Source: Octopus vulgaris
Taxonomy: Eukaryota
DNA length: 64,000 nt
Assembly: GCA_951406725.2 (NCBI GenBank)
Contig: OX597816.1
Span: forward strand, 2,356,001-2,420,000
Direction: 5' to 3'
The position numbers were made by a program, and so were the translations under genes. Positions within the stretch are counted from its first letter, which is position 1. Every line of letters starts with the position of its first letter. Below the pieces are notes generated by a model. That model worked only from the letters and a program-made list of their open reading frames with translations. It made no database searches and had not been told where the DNA came from. Shown piece after piece: positions 37,511-49,014 of this stretch.

Positions 37511-38959
37511 AGATTATAATGCCATATATACAAATGCAATCCGGTGATCCGGGTGTAGGAAGTTTGTAAGCTTCTTGCAACGTGTGGTAGGTATAGAAAA
37601 ACAAAAAGTGCACAGTGTACGATGAGAAACAATAACAATTTATTGGCATTGAGAGTGACACGCATTTTCCCTATATTGAAATTGCAAGGAAATTCAACAA
37701 GCAGTTTCTATAAAGCTCACAGCAACTGGGGCTGCTGCAAATGCGAATAAAAATCCAAATTGAAGGAGCAAACCATGCTACATATGTTCCTTTATTCGCT
37801 GAACCTTTTAATGTAATAATTATGGAACGGGTTATGCTGAACGCAGCCAATCATCAGGCTGAGATTACTGGAATGCAATGAAGCTTTGCATTTGTCTCTT
37901 GGAATTTCTAAGTCATCTCCGCTGCCTGTGGTGTTTTGAACTGAATGGAGAAGTCAGTAGTAGAAAATGGAATGGGAGGGGACAAAGAGGAAAAGAGCAA
38001 AAAAGGTCAAGAGGTATGTCAAGGGAAAAGGTGAGATCAAAATATGCAAGAGCAGGGATGGTTTAGGATTGAGGAGTCGGAAGGGAGCAAGAGGAAAGCG
38101 AAGAGAGAACAATTGCTATTGTGAAGTGGGAAAATTGTGGTCATAAACTTATATCTAAGAAAGATGGTGACAGAATTTGCCAGCTGCTAGAATCTTGTTG
38201 TCAGAATTGATAAAGGTAGAAGGGGTGTTGTTCACTCTGCAGAAATACAAGGCACCTGTACAACTGCCCTGCCCACCTACATCACGGTACATACACAGAT
38301 TCACACACACATGTGTCTCAGGATGTGGGAGGGCAGGTGAAAGAGACTTTGCTTCTACCAACATTAACAGGCTAAGGGGTTCAAGATGAAGGAAAATATA
38401 CCCCCTGCACTGACCCGTAGTCTTCAGACTTGAAACATCTGCTGACTTCTTTGCAAATTGTTGGCAGGTCTCGAATGTCACATTCAACAGAAGCCTTATG
38501 ACTGACAAAGAAAGCATAGGTTGTCAAATCCTCCTATGTCGAAACTGATCAGACAGTCCTTCATATATCCATATGTGCATATATATTTATTTGTGTGTGT
38601 GTGTGTGTGTGTGGGTCTATATAACCAAAAGCAGGCTATGTGTGTATGTCTTTGTAGGTTGTTCCATACTTTAGCTAAATTTTTTTAGAACCCTATGTGG
38701 ATATAAGGAGACTTAGATACCCACTCAACCTCTTCACTCTTGAACCAGTGACACAGCTAGGATATGATAGTTGGAGGGAGATAGAAAGAGAGGGGGGGTG
38801 CACTAGCTCTTGGCTGTGGAGACAGAAGCAAAATGAAATGTCTTGCTGAAGGGTCTCATGCATCATATAGGCCAGAATTTGAACTGAAAATCTTCTGTTA
38901 ATGCACACACAACACCCAAACTGCTCCTCGGTTAGCTGTCTTTCTAAAGAAGTTGCTTT

Positions 38960-39350
38960 GGTTGACTGCATGGTAAGAAACCAGTTCTCCAGCCACACAC
39001 GGTTTCGGGGTTTAGTGTTACTATGTGGCACCTTTGGCAAATGCTTTGTACTGCAGTCCTGGCATAACGAAAAGCCTTAGAAATAGATGTGATAGATGAA
39101 AACTGAATGGAGCATATGTATGTGTGTGTTTGTCTCTTCTTGTTCTCATATTGTGATGCCTCCCCATACAAAGTAGTGTTGGTCGTTTCCAATCTTCCAT
39201 GGAAACCTGTCTGGTCATTGGGAGATATTCACTTGCATGCAAACAAATGAGATTTGCCAACAGCAAAGGCATCCGATCATAGAAAATCTACTTTAATGAA
39301 TTACATTTGACCTACGCAAGTATGGAAAGTGGATGTTAAAACAATGTCTT
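38960..39350 (+). mobile_element. Old family B SINE
   Basis: tggtaagaaacc...ggtttcgggtttag...gtttccaatcttccatggaaacc...aaaggcatcc...gcaagtatggaaagtggatgttaaaac. Confidence 0.7.
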
Positions 39351-40606
39351 TGATGAAGATGTGTGTGTCATTCAAGAAAGAGAGATGGGCAGAAACCTAC
39401 ATATATGTAATGCAATCGTAAATTAGTAATATCTTGTCAAACAGTTTTTGCCGAGACAAACCTGTTTATATTATATCTTTAATTCAAAGTGCCAAAAGTA
39501 TTCAAAGTCTTCTGTAAGAAATACGATTCTCTTTTTCATATCATGTATTGGTGCCTTAGTTTTTGAATTTTTAAACCCATTTTCCCCAGTTTTTCTTTTA
39601 AAACACTTCACCCAATTGTTGCAGTTTGTCTTTCTCTCTTCTTTACTCCCCCATCTTTCTCTCTCCCCACACCAACTAATTTGATGTTTTTACATTGAAA
39701 CTGGGCTACAAAAAAATTTTTTAAAAATGCATGAATTCCGATGAACACTACTCCCTAAGGCTCTAAAGGTAATTAGTAATGCATTCCTATCATTAATTAT
39801 TAGTCTTCCCTAATCCAGTGAATCAAATTCCTTTAATTAAGTTATGGATTGGCTGGATTTGAAATCATTCATTCTGTCTTGTTGTCTCGTGCTCTCTCTC
39901 CCTGTTCTCATCATTCCGCATCGTAATACATTTCAAAGAGCAGTCATTTCTGGGGCTTACGATGAGCAATAAACTGTTTACAAAAAGAGAAAAAAAAAAT
40001 CAACTTCATTAAATATTTGATTAATATTTGAAAAGGATTTATCAGTCATTATGTTTTAGTTGGTATCTCATTACTCGTTACATCGATGTCACCTTAATTT
40101 GCTTTTTATCCTTTTTCTAATATTTTATCGACAGACTGATATTACTAATATTATAATTCTTAAAACATACCTCTCCATTCCTTGACTGAAATAGACATTT
40201 CTGCTAATTACAAATTAGTGAATCTCTTTTTGTAATCTAATTGTTAATATTAAAATTATTTGTATGCTTGTTTTTTTAAATCATAAGTACTCTACAATAA
40301 TTTAATTAATTTGATTTGTCTTTTTTTTAATTTCTAAAATGTTGAGATCTTTTCTAATATTTAAACATGTTGTTCTTTCACTTTCTTCCCATCATCAGAT
40401 GCAAAACACCCCTTTTTAAATTTATTAGGTTACTGAATTAATATGAGCTCAATATATTTACATTTTCTAGTTAGTAACTCTTCAGTGATTTAGATGAATT
40501 TTTAATTAATTTTTGAAACTTCAGTATTACTAATTTAACAAAAACTGGACATACCATTACATTAGCACCTAGTAAATTAGTAGATAATTAGCTACTGTTT
40601 CTTAAC

Positions 40607-40660
40607 CTACTTTGTATGGGGAGGCATCACAATATGAGAACAAGGAGAGACAAACACACA
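40607..40660 (-). repeat. 54-bp inverted copy of 39123-39176
   Basis: 53/54 identical as reverse complement; flanked by ttaac on both sides. Confidence 0.9.
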
Positions 40661-40827
40661 TTAACACACATTGGAAGGTCATGGCGGGGGAAGTTTTTCT
40701 CTTTGTCTACAGGTTTATTATCAGTAATAGTGGCTCCCTATGATTTATTCCCGTTGCTCCCTTCTTGCAGCTATTTACAGCCATCTTCATTATCCATTCC
40801 ATGGGTTCAATATATTTGCAGATTAAA

Positions 40828-41948
40828 GTGGCAAGATGGCAGAAATGGTAGCACCCTGGGTGAAATGCTTAACGGTATTTCATCTGTCTTTATGTCCTGA
40901 GTTCAAATTCTCCAAAGTCAACTTTGCTTTTCATCCTTTCGGGGTCGATGAATTAAGTACTAGTTGTGTACTGGGGTTGATCTTGTAAATGACCATGCGA
41001 AGAGAGGTAACGAGAATGGCTCCTTTGTACATGGCACAGTCGATGCAGTAAATATGAAAAGAATGAATGTGTATAAGTGCCAGAAGGAAAAGAGAGACAC
41101 AACTGGGTAGAATGTTCAAGAGAAGATTTTATTGATAGGTTAACATGTGTATCTGTGGTGTGTCATGTGTACATAATAATAGGCCGTCGTGAGAACAATG
41201 TGTGTGTGTTAAGTACAGAGCATTAAAAGAGTCTATAATGTAAAGTTAGAAGAATATTCAGACTCACAGATGATAAATACCAGTTTGTAGTCAATGTACA
41301 CAATAGTTGAAATGCTGTATCAAGAAGTTGTGGCTGCAATGCTGCTGCCAGTCACTTGATACAGGAGTTCTCGCAGGTTGTATTTGCTGTTAACCATGGT
41401 GAAGTAATTCACAAATAGTGTTGTGTCAGAACGTGTGTGAGTGTTGCTGGTTGCTGTGTACATTAGGACGAATGATGGCAACGGAGATGGAGGTCGTTGA
41501 ATGCTGTTGGACAAAGTTGATAAATCTCCATGTGGCTGTTGTCACTGGAACTGGCTGTGTCCTGTGTGGTCAGTGGCTAGACCTTAAAAGGTCTGGGACC
41601 AATGACCCCTGAGATGCGGAGAAGCTGGAGTTTTTATAGGGAGCAGTCGGCTCAAACTGGGGTTTAGAACAGACTGTCTCATGTGACCTTATTTGAAGGC
41701 TGCGACTGGTTGGGTTGCATATTGGCGCGAGATAGAGCAAGAGACAATTTGCACCAATACCAACCAATCAGAGTAGTGGACACGACAGGGTCCAAAAATG
41801 TGGCCGAAGGTTAGCTGTTATCTACTATGTCCGTATTTATGTATATATAACAGAGAGAGAGGAATTTATGTCAAGCATACGCTACAGTCTAATCATCTGG
41901 CCCCTTCTCCCAAAATTTTGGGCCTTGTGCCCAGAGTAGAAAAGAATA
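40828..41948 (+). mobile_element. Meta-domain-like SINE split by a solo LTR
   Basis: 5' part to ctggggttgatct (40983); the 3' part resumes gtctaatcatctggcccc...ggccttgtgcccagagtagaaaag at 41887. Confidence 0.8.
40984..41886 (-). mobile_element. Solo LTR (903 bp), probably Ty3/Gypsy
   Basis: TGTA...TACA termini; 4-bp TSD atct/gtct; on the minus strand TATAAAA (about 41635) precedes AATAAA (about 41130); cleanly interrupts a SINE. Confidence 0.7.
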
Positions 41949-42065
41949 TATTTGTATATTTTGTCTGCCCTTGTTCAACTGCTGCTCTGTTGTGTTTTGT
42001 TAATTCTAAACTTCATAGATTTTAGCCAGAAGTTAGTTTGTTATAAAACCACACATATGTACATA

Positions 42066-42268
42066 TGGAGAGGGGCTTTCTCCGTCCGGGTTGTGGATCC
42101 GTGGAATAAGCTGCCGAACAAGATGGTGAAGATGCCGACGACCGCTCGGTTCAAAGTCTCCCTTGACCACAAGTGGCCTGAACTCTTTACATGAACACCA
42201 CCCTGTACATAACTCCATGTCCCCCTACATGGCCTTGCTTTTTGAGCCAAAAAATTAACTAACTAACT
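42066..42268 (+). mobile_element. CR1-group LINE 3' fragment
   Basis: RGAFSVRVVDPWNKLPNKMVKMPTTARFKVSLD is the typical CR1/L2 ORF2 C-terminus (FS.RVV..WN.LP...FK..LD); short UTR; (TAAC)n tail. Confidence 0.8.
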
Positions 42269-42304
42269 ATATTTCTACATTATATATACATACACACTTA
42301 TAAA

Positions 42305-42665
42305 ACGTTTTACTTGCTTGTAGATTGCAGCCCATGCTGGGGCACCGCCTTAAAGGATTTTTAGTTGAATGAAGTGATTCCAGCACTTTTTATTTTCTTA
42401 GCCTGATACTTATTCTATCAATCTCTTTTGGTAAACTGCTAAGTTATGGGGATGTAAACACACCAGCGCCAGTTGTCAAGTGGTGAAGGGGGACAAACAT
42501 AGGCACAAATACACACATGCATACACACACACACACATATATGACAGGCTTCTTTCAGTTTCCATCTACCAAATCCATTCACAAGGTAGACTGTTATGCA
42601 GTGGGACTGAACCCAGAACCATTTGGTTGGAAAGCAGCAAACCCCTTACCACAAAGTCATGCATC
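42305..42665 (-). mobile_element. SINE family A, degenerate
   Basis: ccatgctggggcaccgcc...tacttattctatc...caggcttctttcagtttccatctacc...gtgggactgaaccc. Confidence 0.8.
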
Positions 42666-42685
42666 TGTGTGTGTGTGTGTGTGTA

Positions 42686-43930
42686 TTGGGTCGTCCCATA
42701 AATAATGCGGTGTTTTTCAATTGCATGAACTAAAAGTCAGAGGGGGACAGGATAAACTACCTGCATCAACTTGCTATAAAAGCTGTTAGTAATTTTACTT
42801 TGTACTTATTCTTTGTGCAAGTTTTGAAGAGTGCAGTTCGATTTTAACAGTTGTTTTTTCAAAGCTATAATAGAAGTGACAAAGGAGCATATTTGGCATA
42901 TTTTGCCTTATGAGTTCAATAAAGGCAACGCAACAGAAATTGCAAGGAATATTAATGCAGTATATGGAGATCGGACAATAAGCATAAGCCAATGTCAACG
43001 GTGGTTCCGGAAATTCCAAGCTGGTAACTGCAGCCTAGAAGACAAGCCTCATCCTGAAAGATCTGTGGAGCTCGACAAGGATATAACTGTTGAGGAACTA
43101 GCAGAGAAGCTTAGATTTGGTCATTCAACCTGCATGCCATTGGAGAAGTCAGCAAATTGGGTCAATGGGTCCCTCACAAACTTTCCAAGTCTAATCATGT
43201 GCAGAGAGTGAATGTGTGCCCTTCTTTGCTGCTATGTCTCACCAATGAACCTTTTTTTCCACTGAATAGTGACTGGTGACGAGAAATGGGCTCTCTATAA
43301 AACTGTCAAGCACTGAAAACAGTGGGTAGGGAAAGGAGAGACACCAGCTCCCCAGGCTAAAGAAGGTCTTCACCCATGTAAGGTGTTGCTATCTTTTTGG
43401 TGGGATATGAAAGGTTTAGTTCACCTTGAACTTTTAAATCCAAACAATAACAAAGGAGATCTACTGCAAGCAGCTTGAGTAGCTTAAGTCAGCACAAGAA
43501 GAAAAACGACCATATTTGGTTTGAAGATGAAAGGTGTTCTTCCATCAGGATAATACTCAGCCACATACGGCAAGGAAGAGATTCCAAAGGCTGGAGCAGT
43601 TTCAATGGGAAACGATGCCCCACCCACCATATTCACCAGACATTGCCCCATTTGATTATCATTCATTCCGTAGTCTTCAAAATCATTTGGACGAAAAAAA
43701 TATGAATTCTGTAAACGAGGTCAGAACGGTACTGGAGGAGTATTTTTTGTCACAGACAAGTAAATTTTGGAAGAGAGGCCTTACAAGTCTACCAGACAGG
43801 TGGAAGAGCATTGTAGGAAATGAAGGAGAGTATTACTTTAGATTAAAAAAGAACTTTGTTTATCTAAATTTTGAAAAATAAATTAAGTATAACCACCACC
43901 CCCTTTCCACATTATTTATAGGATTACTCT
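42686..43930 (+). mobile_element. Mariner (DD34D) transposon, full-length relic with disrupted transposase
   Basis: TA|ttgggtcgtcccataaataatgcgg and degenerate right TIR ccacattatttataggattac. Motifs: KEHIWHILPYEFNKG..QRWFRKFQAGNCSLED, VTGDEKW, FHQDN..34 aa..HPPYSPDIAPFDY. Confidence 0.92.
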
Positions 43931-43950
43931 CTCTCTCTCTCTCTCTCTCT

Positions 43951-44021
<71 letters not shown>
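43927..44021. repeat. (CT)n(TA)n microsatellite
   Basis: Read directly from the sequence. Confidence 0.95.
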
Positions 44022-44023
<2 letters not shown>

Positions 44024-44565
44024 TTAAAAATTGTCTAAAGTCGTAAGATGCTCCTGTCCTTGTACTGTCCACCATTCGTGTTTTTTATTTCTGTTTTTTT
44101 TATTTCTATTTTTGTTTCTTGTATTTATATTCGTGTGGCATCCTGTCTTTGTTCCGTATACATTCGATCCTCTTTCCAAGAAATCCAATGCCTGTGGCTT
44201 GGTTTTTCCTTGGGGCTGGCCGGGTCGGAGTGATATCGAGATTAAACAGCCAAAATTACTAAGATGATCCGGTTCCCGACTGAAGATTAGAGGCTTCGAG
44301 TGACCCGTCTGTTTTTTTGTGTCGTCTCCTTGTGTGTTTTTGCGTTCTTGTCCCACTTTGTAATTTATATTTTATATTTAATTTCTATACATATATACAC
44401 ACACACACACACACACATATATGTGTAGTTATGTGCACAGACACATGACATTCCTGAATGAGATGCCATTCTCCAGTCTATCTCGATGATGAGCCAGCTA
44501 ACCCATGCAAGTGTGGAGAGTAGATGTAATATGATATGATACCCCCTCCCCCACATACATATATA

Positions 44566-45803
44566 TCAGGTCATTCCATAAATTCTGTCCGAATTTTGAA
44601 TAAAGAATCCAAGTGATCAAATGTTATATTTAATTGAAATTTAATCATCAATGTACTTTCCCTGATTATCTACGACTTCCTTCCATCTATTTACAAGCTT
44701 TTTAATCCCATCAATGTAAAACTATTTTGTTTTCAAAGCGAAGAACTCTGAAATGTCAGTTTCGACCTCCTCCTGGCTTGTGAAAGTTACGTCCCCCAAA
44801 TTATTCTGTAAACTACGAAACAATGGTAGTCTGAAGGAGCAAGGTCGGGAGAATAAGGTGGACAGGGAATGTTTTCCCAACCAAGCTCTTTGATCTTCTG
44901 TGATGTGATCTTTGCAGTGTGGGGTCGCGCATTGTCCTGATGAAACATCACTCCTTTTCAATTCACTAAAGCACGTCTTTTTTTCTTCAAAGATTGGTTC
45001 AAATGCTCTAATTGCTGACACTTGCTTTGAACATTGATTGTTGCATTAGGTGGTAACAATTCAAAGTGAAATACTCTTTTGCCATCCCATCAGACAGAGT
45101 GAAGAACTTTTTTCCCATGAAGTTCCCTTCTCAGTTGTGGTTGAGCTTTTTCCCTTTTACCAAGCTGCTGTTTACGACGTTTAACATTTCAATAGAAGAT
45201 CCATTTTTCGTCCCCATTCACAAGTCTATCCAAAAGGGTGAAATGAGTTTGTGAGAGAAGAGCAGATGTCAACTCAGAATTTGCGGTTGCTTTCGGACAA
45301 TTCATGAGGCACCCATTTGTTGAAGATGACGATGAACAGTTGTATGGTTTGAACTAAGCTTTATTGCCAATTCTTCAACTGATAATGCAGGATTTTCTTC
45401 CAGTAACATCTCAAGGAGCTTATCAAACTAAACTGGACGTTCATCTTCAAGGCTGATATCTCCACTTCTGAATTTTGCAAACCATCTTCTGCAAGTTCTT
45501 TCATTCAAGCATTCTATCCCATAAACTGAGTGTATGTTTCGAGTCACTTCAGCTGCAGAGTTTCCTTTTTTGTACTCATAAAGCATTATGTGCCTCAAAT
45601 GCTCTTTGGATACTTCCATGTTAGAAAGGGTTTTAATCAAAGAAATTTTAATTCTATTATTCTGTGAAATAATATTTAATTGGTTTAAATGTACACAAAT
45701 GCATAACAATAATTTTTAATTCTATTAGACATTCTAAAATACTATTAAATTTCATTCAATTTTAAAAAAGGTAAAATCAGACAGAACTTATGGGATGACC
45801 TGA
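44566..45803 (-). mobile_element. Second mariner (DD34D) transposon, full-length relic
   Basis: TA|tcaggtcattccataaattctgtccga ... tcagacagaacttatgggatgacctga|TA. Motifs: MEVSKEHLRHIMLYEYKKGNSAAEV..RRWFAKFRSGDISLED and HQDNARPH..PPYSPDLAPSDY. Confidence 0.93.
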
Positions 45804-45808
45804 TACAG

Positions 45809-45898
<90 letters not shown>

Positions 45899-46130
45899 CA
45901 TGGCCATTGCCAGTACCATCTGGCTGGCCCTCGTACCAGTGGCGTGTAAACGCATCCACTGCACTCTCGGAGTGGTTGGCATAAGGAAGTGCATCCAGCT
46001 GTAGAAACTCCACCAGATCAAGATTGGAGCCTGGTGCAGCCATTTGGTTCACCAGTCCTCAGTCAAATCGTCCAACCCATGCTAGCATAGAAAGTGGACG
46101 TTAAACGATGATGATGATGATGATGATGAT
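45899..46130 (+). mobile_element. RTE 3' end
   Basis: ctctcggagtggttggc...aacccatgctagcatagaaagtggacgttaaacgatgatg. Confidence 0.88.
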
Positions 46131-46167
46131 ATATATGTATGTGTGTATGTGTGTATATATATATATA

Positions 46168-46300
46168 GGGATAATTCACAAAAAGAATAAAGACAAAGAC
46201 AGGTGGTGTAGACAACAAACAGATGTATTAGTTTAACACTCGAGAAGTGAAAAAGTCTTTAACATTTCGAGCATACGCTCTTCCACAGAAAGGAGCACCC
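46168..46300 (-). mobile_element. Penelope-like pseudo-LTR fragment with a degenerate minimal hammerhead
   Basis: Minus strand: cttt CTGTGGA a GAGC gtat GCTC GAAA tgtt aaag; embedded in (TA)n. Confidence 0.55.
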
Positions 46301-46302
46301 AT

Positions 46303-46349
<47 letters not shown>

Positions 46350-47352
46350 TATACACACATACATATATATACAGAGAGAGAGAAGACTGTATCATATGCA
46401 AAACTATATGACCACATGTCAACTACCCACCTAGACATTTTCAACTACATTTTCATAAGTTTGTACACAAAAGTTGATTTATCTCATGCCGCTGTAAACA
46501 AACACGATATAACATGAGCGCATGTTCTCAGATGTAGATACATATCTATATAGGATTCCTTGGTTACCACTTAGTCTTTTCCAGTCTTCTAAACATCTGA
46601 TACTACTTTTACTTTGAGGTTTCTCATTGTCTTTCGTCCAAGATATTCTTGTTTCTTTTCCTTTTTTCATTCATGTTCATACACGTATTAATGTGTGTGT
46701 GTGTGTGTATGTTTAATTGCAAAGCTAATAGAGCTTAACCCTTTTGACATCTGCATGCTTGAGACAACCATTAGTTCTTGATGCAAACTTGCCTTTGAAG
46801 TGATCTTAAAACCTTCCATCAAACTTTCAAGTTAATTCATGTTCTAAACATCAGCTTAAGAACATTATCACCAACATTATCACCAATATACAAGGATTAA
46901 GGAGATAAATTTCTTTGCTGCAACAGTGGTGGGTACAGCACTACTGTTTATTGTTGGGAAATTCCTAGTCAAGTTTATACTTTTAGAAGACATGGCTTCT
47001 GCGGGAACTAAGCTAGCATAGATACAATCTTCAGTGCAAGATAGATTCAGAAGACAAACAAGCAACAACACAGTATCTCTTCCTTGCATTTGCTGACCTC
47101 CTATCAAGGGCCTCTGATATAGCCAACAGGGAAATACTGTGGCATGGTCTCTAAAGTGTTGGTTGCTCACCTAAATTTGTAAATCTCCTTTTCCTGTTAC
47201 GCACAGTAGTGATGACCTAAATTAGTATTAAAGGGTGATGATGTTGGCATTTTCCCAGTGTCCTAGTTTCAGTTAAGTAAAGATGGAGATTTCTTGTGCA
47301 GAGAGGAGCATGCTCTGTCAACATCTCTATTGAAATATTGTCCAACCCAGGA

Positions 47353-47560
47353 AGGCGGTGAGTTGGTAGAAATGTTAGCAAAATGCTTAGCGGTATTTTG
47401 TTTGTCTTTACGTTCTGAGTTCAAATTCCGCCGAGGTTGACTTTGCCTTTCATCCTTTCGGGGTCAATAAATTATGTACGAGTCATGTATTGGGGTCAGT
47501 CTAATCGACTGGCCCCCTCCCCCAAAATTTCAGGCATTGTGCCGAGAGTAGAAAAGACTA
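47353..47560 (+). mobile_element. Meta-domain-like SINE, well preserved
   Basis: aggcggtgagttggtagaaatgttagc...ttctgagttcaaattccgccgaggttgactttgcctttcatcctttcggggtc...aaaatttcaggcattgtgccgagagtagaaaag. Confidence 0.9.
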
Positions 47561-47750
47561 TTGTCCAACCCAAGAGATTTTTTTTGTTTTATTTTTAAGG
47601 TTTTGATGTCAGCAGTTACTTCAGCCAAGGTTGCTGGTTCCTTAATGTGGATGATAAAGGGCACTTCACTACATCCCTCCATGGGTTTAGACTACACCAG
47701 GCTGTCCCTTTGTGTGAATGTGTGTGAGTGTGCATGAATATATATATATA

Positions 47751-48240
47751 ATCAGCATCATTTAATGTTCATGTCCTATACTGGCATGGGTGGGCTGGTT
47801 GGACAGGACCTGATAGGTCTGAGGATTACAGCATCATCCAGTGTTTGCTTTGGTGTGATTTCTATGGCAGGATGCACTTCTTTTGTTTTTGTTAATGGCA
47901 CCAACACTATCCAGGTCTCCATGGAGTTGGCAAGGTGAATATTCCCTTCAAATGAGGGAGGCTACTTTAGGCTACAATATGTAGGGGTTAAAAGTGTGAG
48001 AGAAGGGAGCAGGATTGAAAATGTTTCTTGCTGTAGACAGGCTGCAGTGTTAATCATATTAGAGAAGAGAAGGTGTGAGTGATTGAGAAAGAGATAAGAA
48101 CATTTGTGATGAGGTACCAGGGGGGAAGGGTCAGGGAGTGAAATGAGTAGAAGTGAATGGAGGGTGTCTGTGGGTGCTGCTGGTTGCAAGAGTTTATGGG
48201 AGACTAAGAAATGTTTACAGATGAGGAAACTAGGGAGGAG
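47751..48240 (-). mobile_element. RTE long 3' UTR fragment, degenerate
   Basis: catcatttaatg...ctggcatgggtggg...tctatggcaggatgc...tcttgctgtagac, then a G/A-rich tract. Confidence 0.6.
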
Positions 48241-48584
48241 CAGGTAATTTCACCCAGAACTGGTAAATTCCTGAACTCAGTATGTTATTCTTTAGTAAAA
48301 GTTTGTAATCCGAGTTTCATGTCACCCTTGTTTCAGCTGAAAACCTGAGCCTGTTGCCTCATCAATTATTGACTCTTCAAATAAATGTTCAGATATTGAC
48401 TGAACCAGAAAACACTCATTGCTATATTTTTAGAAAAAATAATCTAAACAATATTTCACAAAACTGATCTCTTCAAGACCATGTTTTATATATTCTCTCT
48501 CAACATGTTTAGGTATGTACATGTGTATGTGCATGTTTCTATGTATTTAGCATTTGGCAATATGGAAGGTGAATGTAATGAAAT

Positions 48585-48938
48585 CAGGAGTGGCTGTGTG
48601 GTAAGTAACCAACCACACGGTTGCGGGTTCAGTCCCACTGCGTGGCATCTTGGGCAAGTGTCTTCTGCTATAGCCCCGGGCCGACCAAAACCTTGTGAGT
48701 GGATTTGGTAGACGGAAACTGAAAGAAGCCTGTCGTATATATGTATATATATGTATATGTGTGTGTGTTTGTGTGTCTGTGTTTGTCCCCCTAGCATTGC
48801 TTGACAATCGATGCTGGTGTGTACGTCCCCGTCACTTAGCGGTTCGGCAAAAAGAGACCGATAGAATAAGTACTAAAAGGTGGTGCTCCAGCATGGCCGC
48901 AGTCAAATGACTGAAACAAGTAAAAGAGTAAAAGAGAG
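48585..48938 (+). mobile_element. SINE family A, young
   Basis: Near-identical to 30039-30397, including the same short 3' deletion (aagtactaaa.ggtggtgctcc). Confidence 0.92.
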
Positions 48939-49014
48939 TATGTATATATAAATATAAATGTATAACTCTTTACACTCAGCTAAGTTCACCAAGTATTCAG
49001 GCATAGATATTTGT

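Noticed and set aside
39731-39775. ATG...AAG|gtaatt first-exon candidate
   Set aside because: All nearby ATG frames hit stop codons before the donor.
46880-47170. 96-aa minus-strand ORF in unique sequence
   Set aside because: GTG start, no domain and no convincing exon boundaries on either strand.
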